DNA from: Vicugna vicugna
Taxonomy: Eukaryota
Length of the DNA stretch: 64,000 bases
Assembly: GCA_013265495.1 (NCBI GenBank)
Contig: MU060965.1
Location: 310,001 to 374,000 of the forward strand
Direction: 5' to 3'
Within the stretch, counting starts at the first letter, position 1, and each line of letters starts with the position of its first letter. Positions 34,425 through 47,383 of this stretch are shown here, piece after piece. A model generated the notes under the pieces. The model worked only from the letters and a program-made list of their open reading frames with translations. It was not told the DNA's origin and searched no databases. The position numbers and the translations under genes are program-made.

Positions 34425-36384
34425 GTAGGCGCCCGCTGCGGGCCTCCTTTCTGACTCAGCACAGGGTGGGGTGTGGGGGCTTCCTCCAGGAGCCAAGGGG
34501 CCCCGGCGTGACTGACATTCATGGCGTCTGCCATCCGGGGCAAGTACCTTGGAAGTGACCGGGGCCCTCGGGGGGGCCCCCATAGCCACGCCCAGATGGA
34601 ACCTGCCCTGGGTAAGGGGCTCAGGACAGCACGGGACATGGCTTCTGGGGGGCCGGGAGCGCAGCCCAGCCCCTCCCAGCCTCCCCGCCGGCAGAGCTAC
34701 AGGACCAAGGGCTGTCTGGGGCTGTGGTGACAGCTGCTGGGCTCCCGGGGGAGCAGGGGGCACCCACGACCACTTCAGCGAGTCGGCTGCCCGGCTGTCT
34801 CCTTAGAGGGAGCGGTAGGCCCTGCGCAGCTTTCAAGTGTCTTGGTTTCATGTTTATCCGGACACCGGGCGCTGTGAGTGGAGGTTCTCCTCCACCCCCT
34901 CACCCCCTCCTCCTTCGGACCTACCCAAACCCCCCCAGCTCTGTCTGCAGCTCCCCAGGGGTCAGTGGATGGGGAGTACCAGACCTGCGCTGCCCCCAAG
35001 CCCCCCAGCCCTGCTGCACACACAGCCACTGCGCCCCTGCTCTGACCCCGGGACGAGAACACACCAGATGGTGAAGGTTGAGCACGGAAATCAAATGCAA
35101 AGTCAGACGATTAGTCTTCAACAACAGTTGTGGGTTGAAATGCTAGTGTTTTAGGTCTATCGAGTTACGTGTTAGAAAAGTTAGCATAACCTCTTTCTTT
35201 GCACGTTCCAAATGTACTGGGACATTCATGACCCCGGGGCCTGCGTCCACTTCTCTCGGACAGCGCTGCCCCCAACAGCCAAGCCTCCAGCTGGCCCACC
35301 TCCCCTGCCCATCCATCTCTGCACAGCAGACAGGAGGGGTCAGATCCCTCTTCTGGCAAACCTTTGGAATAAAATCCAAAGCTCCAAATGTGGCGTAAGA
35401 GGGCCCTGCTGGCAGCACAGAGCTCACAACTGCACCGCGAACGGCCGGCCGCAGCAGCTTAACAATGTGGGGACTGGCGGGGGTGTGGTCCAGACACCCA
35501 GGAAACCTGCCAATGGAACTGGAAACAGACTAGATGTTTTATCCCGTCTTCAATATGTGCACCTGCCCGGCACAGGGGGAGAGGCCAACAGCAGCAAAGA
35601 ACGAAGGCGGGGAAGCGGAGCCCTCAGCCCTCCACCTGGTCCCCCCGGAACCCGGGACCTCGCAGTCCCAGGCACAGAGCCTGCCCCGGCCCGGGGAGGT
35701 GGGGCATCCAGGGGACCCCAGCCAGCCCAGACCGTGCAGAGGAATGAGATGGACTCCCCAACCGGATGCTGGCACTGGAGGGAGAAAGAAAAGCCTCTCC
35801 GGAGAATCAGTCACCACAGTCGGCCCAGGGGTCTGGAAACCCACAGCCTAGCGTCACGTCTGCCTTGACATCTCCGGGGAGATGCGGGTCCTCTGCAGAG
35901 AAGCCCACGGGCCATTCATGGTAAAAGAAAAAAACCCAAACACACGGGGAACAAGACAACCATGAACCTGCAGTAGAAAGAATAGAATCAGACTCACGGA
36001 AACCTTGACGCCCAGATACAGAGCCCAAGGGTTCGGCGTGTTTCAGGAACCGTGCTAAAGACAAGAGACGTGAAAAGGCTCAGACGTGAGGAACAACCAA
36101 ACAGAACTTTCCGAGATGGAAAACATTGATTTGAACTTTTAAATCTGTTAAATAAACTAACCAACACAAAGCATTTGGACAAGAGACAGTCCTCCTTTCC
36201 AGGAGAAGGCCAGTCAGCAAATGCAGAAGGAATGAGAGTTGTAAGGCACTGTTTTGCAATTAAAATTTAATCGCTGCTTCAGGACAAACCACGTTGAGTT
36301 AGACCATTGGAGAACAGACACTCACAGTCGCAAAGTATCGTCCTCACAGTTGAGAAGTCTGGGGACACCACCTGTAGTGCCCCA

Positions 36385-36500
36385 GACTTGATGTCCGCCC
36401 AGAGCCTCAGGATCCGGCCTTTGGAAATAGGGTCTTTAGTTAAGAGACAGGGTGGGCCCCAAATCCAGTGACCGTGACCGAAGCCCTTGTAACGAGGCTC
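36385..36500 (+). mobile_element. MLT1 (MaLR LTR) fragment
   Basis: TTTGGAAATAGGGTCTTT...AGTTAAGA...GGGTGGGCCCCAAATCCAGTGAC is a typical MLT1 motif. Confidence 0.7.
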
Positions 36501-37507
36501 ACCGTGCAGTCCTCCCCCTGTGGCCCTCATCCTTATATTCCAGACTGGGACTCAGAGCTCCAGCTGTCACTTCTGTGCCCCAGGCAGCAAGGTGGAGGGA
36601 AGGGCAAAGGAATCAGCCAAGGGCCACCCCAGTGGTCTTTTCCAAGAAGACTCCCAGGAGCTGCGGCCTGGCCGTCTGTTTGCGCCTTGGTGGCTGGCAC
36701 TCAGCCCAGACTGGGGCAGCCTGTCCCGGGCAGCAGAGTGCCTGGCTAGAGAGCGGGGTTTGTCCTGGCAGAGGGCTGCCCAGGGGACAGCCCCTCCAGC
36801 CCCGCCTCCCACCCATCCTGTGCTAAGCGAACTCCTACTCAGCTCCCCTTCCGCGGGGACGCCCTCTGCGCCCTGCAGCCCTCCCGCTCCTACCTGGTCC
36901 TCCTGGTGTGCAGTGCCCTGACTCCTCACCTGTCCGCGGCCCTGATCATAGCTCAGTGCCTTGTGTGTGACGTGGTTTGCTGAAACAGGGCCTGGCCTGT
37001 CTGGTTTCTGTAGATGTCCCGCGCCGGCCCCGCCCCTGCGTGAGGAGCGTGTGGTATGTGGTAGACACCTCGGGGAGGGCTGAGCCCGTCTGGTGTGGGC
37101 TCACTGCTCCCTCCCCTGCACCCAAGATTGTAGCCAAACTGGCCACCCTCCACTTGAGCGAGGTGCTTTGTGGCAGAGACCAAAGTGACCCTCACACATC
37201 CATCCCAGACCCCCACCCCACCCCAGTGCAGACTGCTGGGAAGCACCTGCCCAGCAGGGCTGTGTCCCCAAGCCCCCCGCAGAACGTGAGTGGGGGTCCT
37301 GCCCCGACTTCCCCCCGCAGGCGGCCGCGTGCGAGGGGCCTGGGGCCCACGTCTTCTGGAGCAGGAAGCAGAGCTCCTCCCCAGTATGAGCGGTGGGCGT
37401 GGGGTCCGCTCGGCACCGCAGCGCAGACCCTGACCTGTGGGAAGCGGGGCTCCCGGTTCTGGGGCTCCCACCCACGCCGAGGCGCCCGCACTCCTGTCTT
37501 GCTGCAG

Positions 37508-37671
37508 TGTTTCTTCCCGCCTCAAAAGCAAGTGAAGTTCTGGCGAGATGGAAGCGGGCTGGCTCCTACCTTCTGGAAGAGCTCTTCCAGGGAAATTTAG
37601 AAAAAGAGTGTTATGAAGAAATCTGTGTCTATGAAGAAGCCAGAGAAGTGTTTGAAAACGATGCCCCCACT
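37508..37671 (+). CDS. PROZ: PROZ exon 2 (propeptide + Gla)
   Basis: 164 nt, VFLPASKASEVLARWKRAGSYLLEE... Confidence 0.97.
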
Positions 37672-38839
37672 GTATGTACCCACCGTGAACTCGCTTTCCC
37701 CTTACTCAACTGCTGCTGCCTTAGGGAACATTACTTTCTCAGAGACTAAACTAACCTAGTTACTTAGCTGTGAGGTTGACGTGGCCCTAATCTTACAGAC
37801 GAGGGAACCGAGACAGACAAGGGGAAACAACCTGCCCCAGCCAGGAAGCGGGGGCGCGGGGCGCCGTCTTCAGATTGAGCCAGTTAGCGCGTTGATCAGA
37901 CTGACCCAGCGCAGAGGCCTCAGCTGGGTAAGACGGACAGGATTTGGTACTTGCAGTCGAACATAGTTGTTTCAACCCGGCCCAGGGGGCCAGCCTGGTA
38001 AGGACGTCACCCGTAGTCTGTCAGTTGGATTAGAAGCGGCTCCGTGTGCACGCTAAGCCACACTAGGGAGAATTTGCTGTTCTCCGTGACGCAGGCTTGT
38101 CGGGAGACAGAGGGACTGCGTGTGTGTGAGAATCTCGGAGCAGGGAGATACTGAGTAAAGACTTACCAGTTCCACCTGTCAAAGTAGCGATATTTAAAGT
38201 TGATTCTGGACAAAGTGTTGGCCCATTTCTCTAGCATGTCTCAAAAATACTGTGAAGTCATGGTTTCTTAGGTGCTCGTGGGTAAGAGGACTCCTCTGAA
38301 ACAGACCGTCCTTAGCGGAGCTGAGCGTCAGGCCTCCTGCGGAGGGAAACCAGGGCTCCAGGCCCGGGACTTGCGACGTCGGGCGGGGGGCGGGGGCAGT
38401 TACGTGTCTGCTTCCTTGCTAGGCTTTAAGCCTGATTCTCCTAATTAGATACCCGCACCCCAGACTAACCCCCCACCTTTAAATATTTAATCATCGTGGA
38501 GTTGGCTTATAAAAAAAGAAAAAGTCCTGTGAACTGTTTACATCTGCATCATGTGCTCTGCAGAACGGGGACATGGAGACGGCCTGGGAGCGGTGGGCGT
38601 CAGAAGGGCCCCGGGAGGTCGCGGTGTTTGCGCCGTGTCATAGACTTTTCCTTCCTCAAGGGGGTCACAGTAAACACACACTGAGTAGGACACGGGATGT
38701 CTATGAAAGAGGACATGAGCAGATGTAAAGAGCGGTGTTCTTTGCTGCACCCGCCTTCTCCGATCTCCAAGCCCACCCACGGGGGAAACACAGGGAGACA
38801 CACGCCCACTTGTAACACCTGCATGTTTTCACTCCGCAG

Positions 38840-38864
38840 GCCGAGTTCTGGAAGACGTACATGG
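38840..38864 (+). CDS. PROZ: PROZ exon 3
   Basis: 25 nt, AEFWKTYM, |gtaagc. Confidence 0.95.
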
Positions 38865-39338
38865 GTAAGCGCTTCCTCCGCCGACTCCAGGATTATGTCC
38901 TGTTTTCTCCATTAAGATCAGGGAAGGCCTTGGCTCAGGACGCCTGCTAGCTTTAGGTCGGTGGATTCCAGATGTTAAGCCTTGGGCTCCTGGACCCTCA
39001 GCCCAAAGGAAGAGCCTGGCACTGCCCAGGGACAACGAGGTGGGGAAGGCCCCGGGGTCCTGTGGGCGTCAAGGTGAAGCTCCCTCTGGCCTCGGGCTGA
39101 AGGGTCAGAACCTAGTGAAGCTGAGGGAAGTGACGGTCCAGCCAAGGCATGGGGGATGCCGGGTGACCCTGCAGGGAGTACAGCTGGACCACAGTGACCG
39201 AGGGCAGCATCAGGAGGAACTGCGGTCATGTGGGCGCTCAGCAAGGACCCCTGCGGGCAGCAGCCCCCTCCAGCCTCCTGGTGTCCTGGGCAGCGGGGCC
39301 GGAGTACCTGCCCGAGGTCCTCACGCCTCTCTCGGCAG

Positions 39339-39452
39339 GTGGCTCCCCGTGCATCTCCCAGCCCTGCCTCAACAATGGGTCCTGCCAGGACAGCATCCGC
39401 AGCTACACCTGCACCTGCGCCCCGGGCTACGAGGGCCGTGACTGCGCCTTCT
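39339..39452 (+). CDS. PROZ: PROZ exon 4 (EGF1)
   Basis: 114 nt, GGSPCISQPCLNNGSCQDSIRSYTC... Confidence 0.97.
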
Positions 39453-39490
39453 GTGAGCCCGCCCCCGCCTGCCCCATCCCCTCCCCACCT

Positions 39491-39614
39491 NNNNNNNNNN
39501 NNNNNNNNNNNNNNNNNNNNNNNNNNNNNNNNNNNNNNNNNNNNNNNNNNNNNNNNNNNNNNNNNNNNNNNNNNNNNNNNNNNNNNNNNNNNNNNNNNNN
39601 NNNNNNNNNNNNNN
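39491..39614. other. assembly gap (N run) in PROZ intron 4
   Basis: 124 N. Confidence 0.99.
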
Positions 39615-40523
39615 CCCCATCCAGGAGAGAGACCACAGGTGGGAACCTGGTTCTCCACTGGGAATCACATTCTGGAAAAGGCCCTACTGCTCCCAGACGC
39701 TAACCCTAATCCCCAACCCACCCCCTGTGGGGTCACCTCCTCTTCCTCCCAGTCCCAGCCCCACCCTGACCATCTGCCCTCTACTCGCGGGTGCTCCTGG
39801 GGCCTGGCTGACCCTGAGCAGGGTGATGGGTCCACAGGGGGCAGGGACTGCACGCAGCTCCCGCGGTTGTGGGTGGAGACCCTCCCTGCAGCCTGGTCGA
39901 CTGACGTTTCTTAAACATTGTGAACGTTTACTCACGGGGGTGGGCAAAGCCAGTTCCGTCAGTAAGTACTAGGTGCAGACGTAAACTCAGTCCTCCGATA
40001 CCTCTGGTCAACGCAGAGCCAACTTTCCGGGACAGACACCGTTTCTGGCCTGGGTTTCTCCTCTGAAGCCCAGTTTTTCACTCCAGCTGCCTGCTAGGGC
40101 CCCCCCAATGCTGTGTAGGCACCCCAAGCCCAGCACACACCAAAGGAGGGTCTCCAGCTTCACCCCACGCCTGCCCCTCCCCCATCCCACCTGCTGGACC
40201 CGCAGCGGGTCACAGTACCCCGCCGGGAAGAGGCCACTTAAAGGGAGCAGCTCCTGTAGCCAGAGCGAGCACACGGGGCGTGCAGACTCCGGGCCCAAGC
40301 TGCTCTTGGGGACAGGGACAGGCTGTCACTGCCTTGCCTTCTCTCCAGCCGGTCTTGGATCCAGGGTGGGGGGTGGGAACACTCGCAGCAGAAGACCACA
40401 GTCTGACAAGAAGGAGGACTTTCAGAGTGAAAAACCAGGCACCCCCCACCCTGGGCACAAGGCAGTTTAAGAAAGACTACTTCCAGGTTGACGGTTCTGG
40501 GGTCCCATTTTTTTCCTTTTCAG

Positions 40524-40655
40524 CTAAAAATGGGTGTCACCCCTCGAGGACCGACGGGTGTCAGCACTTCTGCCACCCGGGACCAGAGTCCTACACGTGC
40601 AGCTGTGCGGAGGGGCACACGCTGGGCCCAGACCACAAATCCTGCCTCCCACACG
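40524..40655 (+). CDS. PROZ: PROZ exon 5 (EGF2)
   Basis: 132 nt, KNGCHPSRTDGCQHFCHPGPESYTC... Confidence 0.96.
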
Positions 40656-40891
40656 GTGAGCTCCCTGCGCGCCACGTCCTCTGCGGGCACGTCCTAGACG
40701 CATGTCCTCCATGCGGGCCAGGGGTCTAGTCTCCCGTTGAGGCCACCCAGGCCTCCCCTGCTCTGCGTCCACACGGAGTTATCTCAGCTGATCGGCTTTA
40801 AGGAACAGGCTGGAGGGGTCAGCAACCAGACGAGGCTGGCATCTCCCCAGGAGGCACTGACCTCTCTTTCCGTGTGGCCGTCACAATGCAG

Positions 40892-40959
40892 AGAGCTGTG
40901 CATGCGGGACCCTCACGCCGCAGAGAAGCAAGCAGGAGCTTCAGGTGTTCCCGTGGCAG
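40892..40959 (+). CDS. PROZ: PROZ exon 6
   Basis: 68 nt, ESCACGTLTPQRSKQELQVFPWQ. Confidence 0.93.
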
Positions 40960-41376
40960 GTAACAGACACTTCAGAAACACGTTTTGTCTTTTCCATCTT
41001 CTTTGCCACATAGAAATGTAACACCAGAGTCAAAGGGGTGTCGTGATTTAGGTGGACTGTTTACTAATCTCAACATCACTCTGCAGAGCACTTTCTCATG
41101 CTGAATTCATGTCTCCAGTCTCGTCATTATTTGCACCAAGTGAAAACCTACAGATTTACTTACAGCCATCCAGGCCTGTCTCTGAGTTCAGAATCCCCAT
41201 TTCTCTCAGAACATAAGCATCCCTGAAGGGGCGGCTTCTCCCCACAGCGCCTGGCTGGAGCTGGGCCCCGGAGCCGCATGCCCTGACCGGGGGGCTGTTT
41301 CAGAGCCCACTACACTGTGCTGCCCTCGCCCTGCAGAGTGTCACTAGCTCTTTATTGTCTGTTTTGGTTTTGAAAG

Positions 41377-41494
41377 GTGAAACTAGCAAATTCCGAAGGG
41401 AAAGACTTCTGTGGCGGTGTCATCATACAGGAAAACGTGGTGCTGACGACAGCAGGGTGTTCGCTGCGGTACAGAAACATCAGTGTGAGAGCAA
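41377..41494 (+). CDS. PROZ: PROZ exon 7
   Basis: 118 nt, VKLANSEGKDFCGGVIIQENVVLTTAGC... Confidence 0.97.
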
Positions 41495-42141
41495 GTAAGT
41501 TTCATCATTCGTTTTATCAGATCATATTAGAAAGAAAAACTGTCCTATGTAGAAATAAAATGAAAAGCTTAAATCTAGAATTTTTGTTTCTAATGTAACA
41601 CAGACTGCATTTAGCTCCCACGCTAGTGAGGTCATGTATAAAGTCAGAAGCAGACGTGAAACACCTAGACGTCTGCACACAGCAAGCAGACAGACCCCAG
41701 TGCTGAGTCCGAGGAGGAGGGCACAGTGGATGGAGGCTGGACGCTGAACTGGAGCCCCGCGGGCCCCCGGTCTGGGCTGTGCCTGAGCACGTGCCCCCAG
41801 GGTTCTCAGGCCCGCAGATACTTGACTGTCCATCCCCACACATTTCTCAGTCAACAAAACATCTGCCTAGAAGACGACTTCTGACCAGCCCAGTGTGGTC
41901 GCCTGGAGAAGCTCCCCAACCCCTTCCTGCTCTCCTGACCTTATCCTCAACAGCACTGTAGCCTCCCCCGAGGAACTCGCTCGGGTTTTGGAGGGCAGGG
42001 CAGGCCGGGCCACGGTGCTTGTCTGTGGATGAGCGAGCAGCGATGAGGAGGGAGGGCCTGGCCGGGGGTGGCTGTCCAGCCAGCCCCCAGTCTCAGGCAG
42101 AGACCCAACAAGCTTTGCCCGCAACGCGCGGCCTCCCGCAG

Positions 42142-42707
42142 GTCTCCGCAGGCCCCCCGAGGACGCGCCGGTGGCGGTGGCAGCCATGCACGTGCACGAG
42201 CGGTACGACGCGGAGACGGGGGACAACGACTTGGCCCTGCTGGCACTGGCGCGGCCCCTCCGCTGCCCCGACGCCGCGCGCCCGGTGTGCGCGCCCGAGG
42301 CCGACTTCGCTGAGCGGGTGCTGGTGCCGCGGGCGCGCGGCCTGCTCAGCGGCTGGACGCTCCCCGGCCCCGGGCTGGGCCTGGCGCCCGCGCAGCTGCC
42401 CGTCGAGCCCATGGACGCCGAGGAGTGCAGCCGCACCCTGAACGCGACGGTGACCACGAGGACGAGCTGCGAGCGAGGCGCGGCGGCCGGGGCGGCGCTG
42501 TGGGTGGCGGGCAGCGCGGTCAGCAGGCGGCGCGGGGGCACCTGGTTCCTGACGGGGCTGCTGCGCGTGGGGCCCCCGGCGGGGCCTGGCCAGCCGCTCC
42601 TGGTCACCAAGGTCCCCAGGTACTCGCTGTGGCTCCGACGAGTCACGCGGCAGCTGAGCCCCGTGAATCCGAGACAGCCGCACCTTCACAATAGCTCCCT
42701 CGGCTGA
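42142..42707 (+). CDS. PROZ: PROZ exon 8 (pseudo-protease; CpG-rich)
   Basis: cccgcag|, SLRRPPEDAPVAVAAMHVHERYD...VPRYSLWLRRVT...G*; exact C-terminus uncertain (see findings). Confidence 0.92.
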
Positions 42708-42775
42708 CGGCCTCCCCTCGGGGCTGCTTATCTAAACAGAGCCCCCCAGAGCAGGCAGAGGGGGTGGCACATCAC

Positions 42776-42781
42776 AATAAA
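42776..42781 (+). terminator. PROZ: PROZ poly(A) signal AATAAA
   Basis: First canonical hexamer after the stop codon. Confidence 0.75.
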
Positions 42782-45700
42782 GTATCTGTCACCCCTAACA
42801 GCTGCTTCCTGAAACTGGCTGATGCGTCAGCGCAGAGGCAGGAGCCGCGCCTCCGGGGACCTGGGAGCTGCACCCCCACCCACTGCCCAGAGACTGGGAG
42901 GGTGGGGAGGGGGTCAAACGGCGCAGTTTGGAAGGGCCGGAAGCGCCAGGCTGGGAGGCTAGCCCCAGCGCCGCAGCACAGGCCGCGAGCAGCCCAGGGA
43001 AAGGCAGGAGGGCCACCTCCGGGTGGGGGGGGAACCTCAGCACAGGCCCCTGGAGCCTCAGGCCCGTCTCCAGCCATGGTCGGCAGCAGCAGCCAGGTGA
43101 GCAGAGGTAGGGGCTGCATGCTGAGGGCTGCACGGAAGCCTGCGGCCCCATGAGACCGCAGCCTCCACACGTGTGGGAAGACATGTGGGTCCACACCACC
43201 TGGGCTTCCCCAGGACCAGAACCCCAGGGGTCCCTGACTTTGTACCAAAATGACAACTCACAGCAAATGGCTGGAAATGATGCACATTTTACGTTATTTT
43301 TTCAGTTAGGAGGTTGCATGTGCTCCCGGTTTCCCTGGGGAACAGAAGGGCCCTCCTGGCTGAGTGCTCTTCGGACGGGGCTGGGGCGCATGCCTGGGGG
43401 CCCCGACACAGCTGTTGAGGGAGGACTTTTTTAAGGGATAAAAAGTTCAAGTTGATTCATACATTCTTATGACTGGGAAACAGGGAGTTTAAAGACAAAT
43501 CAGATTTTTAACTCACGATTCTTTTTCAGGGGCAGCTGGGGAGGACCTGGGCCTAGTTGCTTATTATCAGGTTTTTTTTAAACGGAGGCGCTGGTCTTAA
43601 GTCTCACAGTTCTTCAACACACCAAGTGTCTCTTTCATTTCTGATGTACTATGTTAACCCTAGAATTAAACTTTTTTTTTTGTGGCCAATCTGCAGATGC
43701 GCTGGCCCATTTCTCCAAAAGGACCTTGAGGAAAATAAAAGTGACCCTGACACAGACTAACGGAGGGGCCAGCAGAAGAGAGAAGACTTTAAAGTCTGCC
43801 CCAAATTTGATTACATTACTTTCAAGCCACCTTGTGGTCAGCACGCCACTGCTTTAAATGGCTACTTATGACTTAAAATCAGCAAATGAGCGTTGCAATT
43901 TTATGTAAATAATACTGCAAAACTATCTGCACTCTCGTTATGGCATTCACTGCACTGCGAATCTGGATTTCCACGTGGAAATCACTGCAGACAGCACAGG
44001 CAGAGGTGGATATCTCACTCATGTCTGCAGGGCTCTACAAAACAAGCACCACCACAGGAACACCACAGCCCCGAAAAGCCAGCTGAGACGGGGCTGTGTG
44101 AGGCAAAAACAGCATCTCTGCTCACTTTACACGCGTGACTCAACAAAGTGGCTGGAAGCCATGAGGAAGCAAATCCAAATAAAGCGCAAGAAAAAGGACT
44201 CAGACTAGATGAGGCTGTAACAGCGCCCTTTCACACTGGGGCAGAGACGGTCTGCTGGCATGGCGTCAGTGCAGACCGCCCCCCACAGGACTCACCTGTG
44301 TCCGCGAGGCCGGCTGGCCGCTGGGCCCCGGGCCTGCAGACCAGTCGGACTCAGGGCACACGCACCTGAGGCTCCGCGCCTTCGCCGAGCGTGGCCTTAT
44401 CTTGCCATTAATGGTCAGCCCTCAATTTCAGTGCCACTGTCCACTACTCAGGAAGGTACCTGAGAATGCCGAGAACTCAGTTAAGCCCAGAAACACAGGC
44501 AAAGTCTGGTACGCACGCTGCAGTGAGAACGCCACTCCAACCCCAGCTGAGGGGCCACGGTCCCTGCCGAGGGGGGAGGGCCCAGGTTCCTGTCCGGAGC
44601 TGCGAGACCCGCACCCCAGTGAATGGGAAAGCGTCCCCCGCCCCGGGTGGCCACTAGCAAGCAGCCATCCTGTGCCGGCCCACGGCCAGCTTTCCTGCTC
44701 AGGGAAGTGGTCGGGGAGGGACAGCTCGAGGGTCGGGAAGCAGCTGTTGGCCTGACACCTACAGACACGGGGCCCACTCCGAACTGCTGTCCTCACGCCT
44801 CGGTCGGGATGTGCCAAGGGCGACAGTGACACTGAGACTTGGGAGGCGGCCCACACAGCCCACCGGCTCTCTGTGGTGCTTGCCCTGGAGCCCGGCCCCG
44901 TCCCGCTGGAGGAGAACCCAGAACCTGCCTGCCACCCTGCTGAGCGCTGGGTCAGCGCCCAGGGACACCGCACCTTCAGGGTGGGTCACGCAGCCCCGGG
45001 ACAGCCCCGCAAATGACCCACGTGAAGCAGAAGCCGTGAGCGAACTGCAGACTCTGAGCAAGCCCGGTCAGGGCCCCTGCTTCACACCAAGTTCTGGGGA
45101 GTGTCTGGCGGCCGGAGCACGAGATGCGAGATGCACAGACAGACCCAGCGTCCTGGGCTGTGTCCGGGTCCCGGGAGAGGGAGTCCACTTCCCAGGGCAG
45201 CTCCTCTTTGCACAAAGGGGACAAGCAGCCTTCAGGCTCCTACTTTTGCAAAGATGAGCTACAACAAGCTTTTTTCTTTAGTAAGTTTTGCATAAACAGA
45301 GGAAATGTGCATACTCCGAAGAAATGGCTAAAGTACCTGGAAAACCTAAATCAAATCGAGTTCAGCTTATAAAAAGAAACAATAAGTTAAACAAACACTT
45401 TGGTCACACAAAACGTTCAAATTTAACATTTATAAAAATAGCTGTATCCCAGAAGATACAATAAGGAGCACGCCATCTGTATAAATTCAGAACGCCCCTT
45501 TCATAGGAAGAGCCACAAAGACGCCTTAGGAACACTCAGGGCAGGAAACTGCAGCCGCCCTGCAGACAGAGCGCCCCACGCAGGGACTCTGCCCACACTC
45601 CGGAGCCAGCAGACGTGCCTGCGTTCCCTGAAAGCCGGATCCCAGGTCCCCGAGAAGCGGGCGTGCGTCCTGCGACGACGGAGACGTCAAGGTCTCTGCG

Positions 45701-45797
45701 TGCTGGCAAACTCGGTCTCAGCACCCGGGGAGAACCCGGCGACTCCGGCTGGTTCCCGGCACGCTGCCTTCCCGCCCCTGGGGCCGCCGCACGTCAG

Positions 45798-45929
<132 letters not shown>

Positions 45930-45990
45930 TCACGGGTGTCGGGGCGGCACTGAGCCGTTCCTCCCCGATCCTCCCCAATCCCACTCACTA

Positions 45991-46434
<444 letters not shown>

Positions 46435-47050
46435 TCAGCGCCTCCGCGTGCAATTTTGACTTTTCAGGTTAAAAGTCACTAGCACAAATCTGCTTTTTAA
46501 CATTTAGTGAAGAGCTCACTGAGTCTGGGTGCGCGCACTCAGGTTTAATGTCCCTGAATCGGGAAGCAACTTCGCTGGCTGGTGTCCTGCGGACCTGGCA
46601 GACGATGGTCCTTCCTGATGGGACATATTCCCCACAGCCATTAACAGCCTGACCATGAGGCTGAGCTGCTGAAATCCTGCCAGGACCAGGCCTTGGAGAG
46701 GAGTCCACCTCCAGTCACGCGGGAGAGGGCCAGGCAGAGCTCAGCTGTCTGACAGCAGGAGGGCAGAGGCCCGGCCGGTCAGTGCCCACGCCCTGATGAA
46801 CCGTGAAACCTGGGTGCCGAGGGCTGGTGCTCTAACCGCCTGTCCTGAGCTCTGTCCTCACGGCCCTGGTGACCAAGCCAGGGCCCAGAGGCAGCAGCCT
46901 GGGGGACGGACTTCACTCCACAGAACTGAGGGGGGCAGAATGGGGACCCCCCCGCCTCTGAAGACACGGCATCATGTTCATAACCTCATGACTCTCCTGC
47001 GTGAGCCATTCTAAGAGTTTAAACTTATTAAAAAGAAAACACTTTGCTTA

Positions 47051-47185
<135 letters not shown>

Positions 47186-47290
47186 TCACAGGCAAGGTCA
47201 CGGCAAAGCGCGACCAGGCCCCTCAACACACGACGCGTTTCCTGACTTCGTAGTTTAAAAGGTCCCAAACAGAGAGGAAAAGACACCCTA

Positions 47291-47383
<93 letters not shown>

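Larger units (their letters stand above)
34349..42707 (+). other. PROZ: PROZ gene, vitamin K-dependent protein Z; join(34349-34424,37508-37671,38840-38864,39339-39452,40524-40655,40892-40959,41377-41494,42142-42707) = 1263 nt, 420 aa as assembled
   Basis: WKR|AGSYLLEELF Gla domain, 2 EGF, pseudo-protease (TTAGC in place of TAAHC, no GDSGG); exon sizes 164/25/114/132/68/118 as recalled for human PROZ. Confidence 0.97.

Noticed and set aside
37559-37671. Protein Z Gla domain has Gln11 and Asp35 (11 rather than 13 Glu)
   Set aside because: As I recall mouse protein Z has the same substitutions, so this is ordinary mammalian variation.
39491-39614. N gap flanked by CCCCATCC-like sequence as a hidden element
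   Set aside because: Content cannot be seen; most likely an unresolved C-rich low-complexity tract in an intron, and PROZ exons 4 and 5 join correctly without it.
42142-42707. Extreme GC content and Ala/Arg/Pro/Gly enrichment of PROZ exon 8 as a species-specific shift
   Set aside because: The recalled bovine protein shares most of it (CERGAAAGAA.WVAG), so it is an older regional GC-drift effect.
45270-45500. PCID2 poly(A) signal
   Set aside because: The AU-rich 3'UTR is recognisable but I found no AATAAA on the minus strand; only a variant ACTAAA (45278-45283), too weak to call.
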